Position numbers and translations under genes: made by a program. This document shows, piece after piece, positions 27,697-35,065 of a DNA stretch of 64,000 nucleotides (positions are counted from its first letter, which is position 1; each line of letters begins with the position of its first letter). The stretch spans positions 10,661 through 74,660 of the forward strand of contig CAZFMB010000008.1 of the NCBI GenBank assembly GCA_964520005.1, given 5' to 3'. The DNA is from an uncultured Terracidiphilus sp. Lineage in GTDB: Bacteria; Acidobacteriota; Terriglobia; Terriglobales; Acidobacteriaceae. The notes below the pieces were generated by a model. That model was not told the DNA's origin, ran no database searches, and saw nothing but the letters and a program-made list of their open reading frames with translations.

Positions 27697-27992
27697 TGAT
27701 TAGTTCTAAATCGCTGACAAGTATCGAGATCGAAACAAGTGAACTTCGAAAAAAGAGAAAATATCGCCACTGGAAATCGCTGTTTCGTCCATTTATTTGT
27801 CAAATATCGGTGCAAGGGCGAAGCCCGACCGGCGGGCACAAACCCTCCGGTAACGCACCTCGGCTGTTCGGACCAGGGGATGGTCGGTTACGCGGTAACC
27901 GTGAGGATACCGTCATTCGCCTATCCGCCCAGTGCCCGGCCGCGAAACTACTGGTTTCCTTGCCCTGGGGCAATGGAACCGTCCCGGCCGTC

Positions 27993-29603
27993 TTACTCGT
28001 TCTCGATAAGCTCCTTCAACCACTGTTGAAAGAGATCGAACTTCTTGAATTTACCACCATTTTCAATTTGATGCAGTCCGCGCAAAGCAATAATCAGGCT
28101 CGCATTGGAATCCGCATTGGCTTCGTGGCCGCAAGCCATACACAGGAACACGTCCTGAATCGCTTTTCCGGCTGCGTCTTTCTTAGGCCGATTTGCCGCA
28201 TCCTTGTGTCCGCACCGTGCGCAAGTTTGCGAGGTATAAGCCGCAGGAACCTCGACCGGGGCTGGCAGACCTTCGCGCTCTGCCTTGTATGTGAGCATCT
28301 GCTTGAGCTTGGTGAATTGGCTTTGCTTCAGGAACCGGCCCATCGTTACACCCTTGATGGCTTCGATAACGATCTGGGAGCGGTTCTCTTTGGCAATGGA
28401 TACGATCCGATTGGCATATTCGCCTAGAATGATGTCGGCGCGCTTTCCGCGCAGTGAAAATTTGCGTGACCGTTGCTTGCCACTTTGCTGTAGACGCTTG
28501 ATTTGCTGCTCGTATCGCTGCATCTCCGCCGCAAAGGCCGTGCCTTCCAGGTCGAGATTAGTCTTAATCGGTTTGCCTTCACGGTCGATCAGGGTTGCGG
28601 CGCCTATCTTCGCTGCTCCGCGGTCGATGCCAAGGAAAGTTTCTGTCTCTACGATTGGAGGCGTGAATTCGAAGGCCGCGTGGACGTAAAAGTCGTAATC
28701 CTCGGCGCTGAAATGGACTGGCTGATTGGCCGAAACTTTGACATTCGTGTGAGGATACTCATGGCGTTTTACGACTAGTTTTGCGCTTTGGATGGAACCA
28801 TGCGTGAGATATTCACTTTCATGGAATTCGCGGCCCAGTTCCAGGGGCAGAATCATGCCGGGATATTTCTTGCCTTCAATACGTTCCTTTGTTTTGCAGT
28901 TGATAACTCCTTCGTTGAGTACGCGCTTCTCGCAATAGCGGTGATCTTGTGAGAATAGCCGGACGAGCAGATAGTAGTTCCCGTCGCAAAAGGCAAGCAG
29001 GCAACCACGTCCAATCTCGTTGCGTGTGAATTCGATAGGGTGGGGGAGAGTGCCTTCCAACTTGCGCAATATCTGACCAGCGGCGCGTGAGACGGCCCAA
29101 TTGGTGTAGATTTTGCTCAGACGTTTAGCGACGCGGATTTCGCCTCGCTCCATTGCCTTGCCAATCTTTTCCTGATGCTGCGGTTTAATGGTCAGCTTCG
29201 CTTCGGGGTCTGTAAATAGGCTGTAGGCTTGCCGATACTCATCCTCGGACATAGGGTCAAGGTTGGATACAGTGGGTGGATTGGATTCGTTCTCACCTTT
29301 GTATGTCTTGTTGAGGTGACTCATGAGCATCGCAGATGCGTCATTGATGAGATAGTCGCGTAGAGGAGAAAGCTCCCAATCATGCGGAGCAATCGTGTAA
29401 AGGAGTTTACTGAGTTTGAATTTGTTGGGACGAAGTTTCTCTTTCCTGTCCAGTTCTGAAACTTGCTCTAGCAGACCAGGGATTGCCAGCGTCTTTTCGA
29501 GCACGTCCTTCAAAGTCTCGTGGTAGCGGGTCATCGCATACCAGAGCATCGTGCTCTTGTGCCGTGACGGATTGTGGACCTTGAATCGCGCTGTCTTGAA
29601 CAT
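27993..29603 (-). CDS. CRISPR-adjacent TnpB/Cas12-family (type V-like) RuvC nuclease, 536 aa
   Basis: RuvC-I FLGIDRGAAKIG, RuvC-II SQIVIEAIKG, YTSQTCARCGH...FLCMACGHEANADSNASLIIA (CxxC..CxxC zinc ribbon + RuvC-III) in canonical order. N-terminus FKTARFKVHNPSRHKSTMLWYAMTRYHETL is like a TnpB/Cas12 WED start. The array lies 296 bp downstream. Confidence 0.8.
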   Translation of the reverse strand: MFKTARFKVHNPSRHKSTMLWYAMTRYHETLKDVLEKTLAIPGLLEQVSELDRKEKLRPNKFKLSKLLYTIAPHDWELSPLRDYLINDASAMLMSHLNKTYKGENESNPPTVSNLDPMSEDEYRQAYSLFTDPEAKLTIKPQHQEKIGKAMERGEIRVAKRLSKIYTNWAVSRAAGQILRKLEGTLPHPIEFTRNEIGRGCLLAFCDGNYYLLVRLFSQDHRYCEKRVLNEGVINCKTKERIEGKKYPGMILPLELGREFHESEYLTHGSIQSAKLVVKRHEYPHTNVKVSANQPVHFSAEDYDFYVHAAFEFTPPIVETETFLGIDRGAAKIGAATLIDREGKPIKTNLDLEGTAFAAEMQRYEQQIKRLQQSGKQRSRKFSLRGKRADIILGEYANRIVSIAKENRSQIVIEAIKGVTMGRFLKQSQFTKLKQMLTYKAEREGLPAPVEVPAAYTSQTCARCGHKDAANRPKKDAAGKAIQDVFLCMACGHEANADSNASLIIALRGLHQIENGGKFKKFDLFQQWLKELIENE

Positions 29604-29691
29604 GGACGTGAATCTAGCAAGCTAGTCTATTCCCGCAACTGAGCTACTCGCAACTTTCTTTCCCGCCATCGGTTTTCCTCGTATCCGCGTC

Positions 29692-30171
29692 TTAGCCGGC
29701 GCCCGGCGTGCCGAAGCCGATCCGGCGCCGGGGCTTTTCCGGAGGCTTCATCAACCCCCGAATCGCGTCGAAAACCGCTCTGAACTGTGCGTCGTACCGG
29801 CTCTCCATCTCCTCCAACTTCCGCGCCAGATCGCGATGAGAAGCAATGATTTCTCTCAGCTTGACGAACGCGCGCATGATGGCGATGTTGACCTGCACCG
29901 CGCGTGGACTACGCAGCACGCTCGACAGCATGGCCACGCCCTGCTCGGTAAAAGCGTAGGGCGTTGCGCGGCGAGCGCCTCCCCAACTTGAAGTCACAAT
30001 TTGTGACTTCAAGTTTGCTACTTCTGCTCTGGTCAACTGGAACATAAAATCCTTGGGGAAACGCTCATGATTGCGCTTAACAGCCTGCATCAGAACCTTC
30101 GGAACAACCTCATAAAGCTCTGCCAAATCGGTGCTCAGCATCACTTTCTGCCCGCGAACCCGTAAAATCAT
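29692..30171 (-). CDS. ORF6N (KilA-N-like) domain DNA-binding protein
   Basis: [39 protein letters not shown]...[44 protein letters not shown]. Confidence 0.8.
   Translation of the reverse strand: MILRVRGQKVMLSTDLAELYEVVPKVLMQAVKRNHERFPKDFMFQLTRAEVANLKSQIVTSSWGGARRATPYAFTEQGVAMLSSVLRSPRAVQVNIAIMRAFVKLREIIASHRDLARKLEEMESRYDAQFRAVFDAIRGLMKPPEKPRRRIGFGTPGAG
29985..30015. repeat. 31-bp perfect palindrome inside the ORF6N gene
   Basis: AACTTGAAGTCACAA-T-TTGTGACTTCAAGTT. An imperfect second copy lies at 30203-30228, just 5' of the ORF6N start. Confidence 0.9.
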
Positions 30172-30424
30172 CCGTTCAATGCGTTCGGGCGGAATGCCCG
30201 AACTTGAGGTGACAATTTGTGACCTCAGTTGCTCATCAACCTGCTACCTCACCTTGACTTCCAGCATCTTCGTCGTATCGTTGCCCAGAATGTCGATCCC
30301 CTTCACCACCACCCTGTACGACCCCGCCTCCGCGTATTCGCACCCGGCCTTCAACCCATCCCAGATCAGCTCTGTCATATCGCGCCTTGGATTCTACTCT
30401 GGCCCGATAGCCTGTTCCCTGTAT

Positions 30425-31321
30425 TTATTCCCCAGCGAGTTGCTCCAGCAGCCCATCAAAATCCTCCAGCCGCGCGTATTCAATAATGACTTTGCCGTGG
30501 CCGTCGTGATCTTCAATGTGAACCTTCAGTCCCAGCGCTCTCTGCAACCGCTCTTGCACCGCGCGAATATTCGGATCAAGAAGCCGCTCTGCTTTTTCTT
30601 CTTTTTTCGCGGCGCGATCGGGATGCGTAATCCCTTGTATATAAGCCTCTGATTGGCGAACGGAAAGCGAAAGTTTAATCATCCGCTGTGCCGCCATTTC
30701 CATCTCCTCGGCGTGCTCAAAGGCCAGCAGCGAACGCGCATGGCCATAGCTCAGATCGCCGGACTCCACACGTGCCTGTACGGACATCGGTAATCTCAAC
30801 AAACGCAAGTAGTTAGCTACAGTTGCCCGGTCCTTGCCGGTACGAACCGCCATCTGCTCCTGCGTCATGTGAAACTCGCGCGAAAGCCGCTCAAAAGCCC
30901 GCGCCTGCTCCATCGGATTCAGGTCCATCCGCTGCAGGTTTTCGACGATGGTGATCTCCATCGCCTGCTCGTCGGAGACTCTCCGCAGAATCGCCGGAAT
31001 GGTCTTCTTGCCGGCCATTTCCGAGGCCTTCCAGCGCCGCTCGCCCGCGATCAACTGGAAGCGGCCATTGGCCAGCGGGCGCACCAGCACCGGCTGCACA
31101 ACGCCATTGGCTGTGATCGAGGCGGCCAGCTCGCCCAGCTGCTCCTCATTCAATTGCGAGCGCGTCTGAAACGGGTTGCGATCGATTTGGTCGAGGGGGA
31201 TCTCGAGCGGCTTGCCCCCTTCACTCTCCGCGGCGGCGGGAGCGGCAGGGATGCGCGGCAAAAGGGAGTCGAGGCCCTTGCCCAGGGCGCGGCGTTTAAT
31301 GTCGGTAACGGTAGCATTCAT
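30425..31321 (-). CDS. parB: chromosome partitioning protein ParB/Spo0J
   Basis: ALGKGLDSLL, NPFQTR, LIAGERRWKAS, and HTH region TQEQMAVRTGKDRATVANYLRLLRLP. Confidence 0.9.
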   Translation of the reverse strand: MNATVTDIKRRALGKGLDSLLPRIPAAPAAAESEGGKPLEIPLDQIDRNPFQTRSQLNEEQLGELAASITANGVVQPVLVRPLANGRFQLIAGERRWKASEMAGKKTIPAILRRVSDEQAMEITIVENLQRMDLNPMEQARAFERLSREFHMTQEQMAVRTGKDRATVANYLRLLRLPMSVQARVESGDLSYGHARSLLAFEHAEEMEMAAQRMIKLSLSVRQSEAYIQGITHPDRAAKKEEKAERLLDPNIRAVQERLQRALGLKVHIEDHDGHGKVIIEYARLEDFDGLLEQLAGE

Positions 31322-31452
31322 AGTTCAATAACCTCTTTCCCGGAAGAGTGGCCGGGGGATTGAATCTGCATTGATCTGGGGTAATTTGCAATACCTGTTT
31401 TACCTACCCTGGCGCGTCTTTTGTTTTTGCGGCCAGGGCGGAAAGCCGTCCC

Positions 31453-32289
31453 TCAGGGGGTAGGCAAGATTCGAACCTCATCTACTGGCGCGACGGAGTT
31501 GAGATTCGCCTTCGGCGGAATCTCGATGCCGTTGCGCGCCAGAAACTCACCCGCCATTTCGAAGTAAGCCTCGGTGCCGCGGGAACGGGGATCGTACAGA
31601 GCCACTGGCTTGCCGTGGCTGGGCGCCTCGGCCAGCCGCACGTTGCGTGGAATTACGGTGTGGTAGAGGCGATCTTTGAAGTACTCGCGCAGAGTGTCTG
31701 TCACCTGCTGCGCCAGGTTGGTGCGGTCGTCGTACATAGTCATTAGAACACCCTCGATGGTCAGCGTGGGATTGTACGCGGCGCGCACTCGTTCGAGAGT
31801 GGAGATCAGCTCGGAGATTCCTTCCAGGGCGAAGTACTCGGCTTGCATGGGAACGATGAGCGTGTCGGCCGCAGCCAGAACGTTGAGGGTGAGCAGGTCA
31901 AGCGCCGGTGGGCAGTCCAGAATCACCAACTCGTAGTCTTCCTTGATTGACTCCAGAGCGCGACGCAAACGCAATGCGCGATCATCGGCCGTGGCCAGTT
32001 CGACATTGGCTCCGGTCAGGTTTTTGGAGCCGGGCAGCAGCGATAGCTTATCGATCTCTGTGGGCAGAATGACCTGCTCCGCGGGGGCGTCGCCCATCAG
32101 CACATCGTAGATGGAGCGGCGGTTGTCGTCGCGCTGGAATCCCAACCCGGAGGAGCAGTTAGCCTGGGGATCGCAGTCCACCAGGAGAATCTTGATGCCT
32201 TGGAGAGCAAGGCAGGCGGCGAGGTTGATGGCTGTGGTCGTCTTGCCAACTCCGCCTTTTTGGTTGACGAGGCCGAGAATCTTTCCCAT
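31453..32289 (-). CDS. parA: chromosome partitioning ATPase ParA/Soj
   Basis: Deviant Walker A NQKGGVGKTTTAINLAA, plus LLVDCDPQAN and ILDCPP. Confidence 0.9.
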   Translation of the reverse strand: MGKILGLVNQKGGVGKTTTAINLAACLALQGIKILLVDCDPQANCSSGLGFQRDDNRRSIYDVLMGDAPAEQVILPTEIDKLSLLPGSKNLTGANVELATADDRALRLRRALESIKEDYELVILDCPPALDLLTLNVLAAADTLIVPMQAEYFALEGISELISTLERVRAAYNPTLTIEGVLMTMYDDRTNLAQQVTDTLREYFKDRLYHTVIPRNVRLAEAPSHGKPVALYDPRSRGTEAYFEMAGEFLARNGIEIPPKANLNSVAPVDEVRILPTP

Positions 32290-32571
32290 GGCAATCCAGA
32301 GTAAAGCAAACGGCTTTCACGGGTCGCCGCTGGAACTGTGGAGAACGGAGCAAAGTTGTGGAAAGCGCTTGCGGTGGGGTGGAGCATGAAGTGAGCAAAC
32401 GTATATAGGGCAAGGCTTTCACGGCGGGGCACGCCGAGGCGGTGGGGGGTGCGCGAAAAACCGTGATCGGTGGAAAACTTCTGTGATTTTGGGCGAAAAG
32501 AGGGGCGGGAAATTGAGTTTTTGCAGTAGGGTCCATTTTGAGACCTCGCCCATTTTGGGAAGGGATAGAAA

Positions 32572-32587
32572 TGTTCCACGTGGAACA
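32572..32587. promoter_or_regulatory. parS centromere site 1
   Basis: TGTTCCACGTGGAACA, the perfectly palindromic form of the parS consensus TGTTNCACGTGAAACA. The palindrome extends to 24 bp (32568-32591). It lies 283 bp upstream of parA. Confidence 0.85.
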
Positions 32588-32615
32588 TTTCCCGCTTTGG
32601 GCTGGCTTCCCAAAA

Positions 32616-32631
32616 TGTTCCACGTGGAACA
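32616..32631. promoter_or_regulatory. parS centromere site 2
   Basis: Second exact TGTTCCACGTGGAACA, 44 bp from the first. Confidence 0.85.
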
Positions 32632-32795
32632 TTCGGAATATGTGGAACAGCTTCGTTATTGATTTGCAGATTAATTGTTACCTGACTTCGCCAGACCTTC
32701 GGTTAGGCGTCTGGGGCGCAACTGGCAAAGGGGGCTGCGGAATCGCTCTTGATTTCTGGCGAAATAGGCGGAGCGTGCTACTGTGGCCATTGACT

Positions 32796-33362
32796 CCTGC
32801 ATAAGTAATGTCCTATGTTGTAGCAGTTTCCTGAAGAGTGGATTCTGGAAGCAGAGAGTCAGTGCGACGTCTGGAAAGCGTTGCGCCGCCGTTGCTCGGA
32901 GGTGAATTATTCGACCGCCAGGCAGTCCTGAAGAGTTGCAACGTAAACGGGAACATGCCATCCGTTTGTTGGAACGGGGGATTTCGCAGGCCGAAATCGC
33001 GCGTCGGCTGGATGTTGATCCGCGCAGCGTGCGCCGCTGGAAGCATGACCGGCGACTGGGTGGTTTGGCAGCGCTGAAAGCAGTCCCGGCAAGCGGAAGG
33101 CCGCTTAAACTTACCCCAGGCGAACGCCTGCAACTGGAAAGACAGTTGCTCGAGGGTGCGCAGGCTGCTGGATTCTCGACCGATCTGTGGACTTGTTCAA
33201 GTGTGGCCGAACACATCGAACGCGCCTTTGGCGTTCGTTATCACGTCGATCATGTTGGCCGCATATTGCACGCTATGAACTGGAGTCCACACTAGCCACA
33301 CACACACTGATTGAACACGCCTCCCTCTGCGGCTATTGTCACCTGCATAAGTAATGTCCTAT
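32796..33362 (+). mobile_element. IS630-family remnant flanked by 21-bp direct repeats
   Basis: CCTGCATAAGTAATGTCCTAT at 32796-32816 and 33342-33362, in the same orientation, enclose only the HTH part of an IS630-type transposase. Confidence 0.55.
32936..33295 (+). pseudogene. IS630-family transposase, N-terminal HTH fragment only
   Basis: LERGISQAEIARRLDVDPRSVRRWKHD...GRPLKLTPGERLQLE...WTCSSVAEHIERAFGVRYHVDHVGRILHAMNWSPH, then a stop. The DDE domain is absent. Confidence 0.6.
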
Positions 33363-33463
33363 TGAGAGCGCGAAGAAAGCTGTTTGTGTTGAAGTAGGGA
33401 GGGGAATGGTTGCTGGTTGTTTTGCAGGGAACGGGCACTGCAGCGGGGGCGTTAATTTCCTTT

Positions 33464-34209
33464 GGGGCTTAGGAAGAAAAGGCCGTCAGATTGGGTTCTT
33501 TCTCAAGAGCGATAGTAGCACTTTGTAGAGGTCATTGTTGCGGTGATTGAAGCGAAATTCTGTTTCTTTCAGATGGAGCGGAAAGGTACATTTGCTCACG
33601 CCGTGAAACTTCGTCAAGCGGTGTTTGGCAAAGCCCCAAAAGCTCTCGATGCCGTTGATGTGATTCGGTCCGGCGGCAAATTCGCTGTCCCCGTGAAGGA
33701 CGCGAAAGTGTCGAGCGTAGCCGAGATCAACCAGGCCGTCGTAGCCGCTCCAACCGTCGGTATGAATCGTAGAATCGAACGAGGCATGATTGCGAATCAC
33801 CGCTTGTAGAGCGGCTCTTGAGACATTCGACATGATTTGCGCGTAGACCTTGTCGTCGCGTTTGAGCAGTCCGAAGACGATTGTTTGCGATCCGCGCCAC
33901 GCCCGCGCTTACCACGAACACGATGTGGTCCGAAGTAAGATTCGTCGGCTTCGAGATCGCCGCTAAAGGGCGACAGCTTTTCACATTCTTGGGCAAGTTT
34001 TTCTCTGAGCCGTTGAAAGATAGGGTTGACGCTACGCACCGAAATGCCCGTCATCTTTGCCGTCTGAGAGGCAGACAGATCAAGCGCGAAACAGCGCAAA
34101 AGTTGGCGAAATCTGGCCTCGGAAATCTTCGCAAAACGAAAATAGCGGTTAACCTGCTGCATGGCAATATGTTAACGCCACTCAACTATGCCTTTTCTTC
34201 CTAAGCCCC
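33464..34209 (-). mobile_element. IS1595-family insertion sequence (746 bp) with perfect 20-bp IRs and 8-bp TSD
   Basis: IR GGGGCTTAGGAAGAAAAGGC at 33464-33483 and its exact reverse complement at 34190-34209. Flanking direct duplication TTTCCTTT at 33456-33463 and 34210-34217. Confidence 0.85.
33486..34162 (-). pseudogene. IS1595 (ISXO2-like) transposase, frameshifted
   Basis: The N-terminal frame (34162 down to about 33885) reads ...YFGPHRVRGKRGRGA. The continuation IVFGLLKRDDKVYAQIMSNVSRAALQAVI...HTDGWSGYDGL...GIESFWGFAKHRL is in another frame. The shift lies near 33880-33895. Confidence 0.75.
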
Positions 34210-35065
34210 TTTCCTTTTATCTCTGCTTTGAGCCACGATGCCCTGTGCGTCAAGTTATTGAGCGCGGCGAGCTGAGTTCCGGCTAGCGGGTCAAGCCTGA
34301 GAGGCAGAATCTATGAGCTGAACCAGAGTAAAGGTACGGTTTGCGAAGAAAGGCTAATAGTCAAGTAACACAAGCCCGAAAAGCAGATCTCAGGGGCTAA
34401 AGTCCGCGATTATTCCTTTGGCGTTAGGACAGGGATAAATCCCCGATCTATCGTTCGCGTGAATTTACCATCAGGCTGTAAATCCGCACTATCGACGAAG
34501 TTTTTTACTTTTACCACCGCGAGCAACAATCGTTCTCTGTGGACCCCGGTGTAGTCGTGTTCTGACTCATTGCCTCCGTCGATAATATGGATAGGTTAAA
34601 CCTATCCATAGAAGCCTGCGATGATTTTGCCTACTATATGCGGGGGTTGAAATTTTCGCATCCCTCCAGGAAAACCGTTCATTCGGGCGCGCAAAAGGTT
34701 CCGGGGAGATTTCACGCCGGCCCTACAGGACGGTGGGGATTGCTATGGAACGCTAACCCCGGGTTTCACCCGGGGCTATTTTCATATTCTCCCTACGGGA
34801 GAAGGATCAACCAAAAGCCCGCAGCTTATGCATTTCGACAGAATGTGTTGAGTGCGGCGTGGACCAGGAGGTCCACGCAACAGCCGGCCGGGAGGCCGGC
34901 GCTACAGGTTCGCGACCCATCGGCAACATTCAGGAGCCAGAAGGCTCCTGCTCCCTCTGGCTGCGAATCGCTGGCAATTTGTTTTCGTCCTTGTGTCGCG
35001 GCAAAGAATGCGAGAGGCAGAAAAGTAGTGAGCAGAAATTGAGAGCGGTGGTACACTCGCGGATT

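Noticed and set aside
27678-28427. 249-aa plus-strand ORF starting inside the last CRISPR repeat and running antisense into the nuclease gene
   Set aside because: It begins within repeat sequence (MDAPLQ is the repeat translated; the same peptide recurs in ORF 27481..27699). It crosses the structured non-coding region and is antisense to a motif-rich RuvC nuclease ORF. No recognisable motifs.
26101-29691. Searched the islet and its flanks for cas1, cas2, cas4, other cas genes or a TnpA transposase
   Set aside because: None of the listed ORFs within 10 kb on either side shows Cas1 (alpha-helical with DxxxH-type metal site), Cas2, Cas4 (RecB with 4 Cys), or Y1/serine recombinase signatures. 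Their absence is reported as part of the finding rather than as a feature.
29604-29691. ATGGACG / GTGAAT strings just upstream of the nuclease start as a second anti-repeat
   Set aside because: Only 6-7 nt matches, in the same sense as the repeat and partly formed by the start-codon context. Not distinguishable from chance.
32097-32632. Several 150-160-aa minus-strand ORFs and small plus-strand ORFs across the parA upstream region
   Set aside because: They run through the parS palindromes (the peptide MFHVEHF is parS translated, on both strands) and overlap the parA 5' end out of frame.
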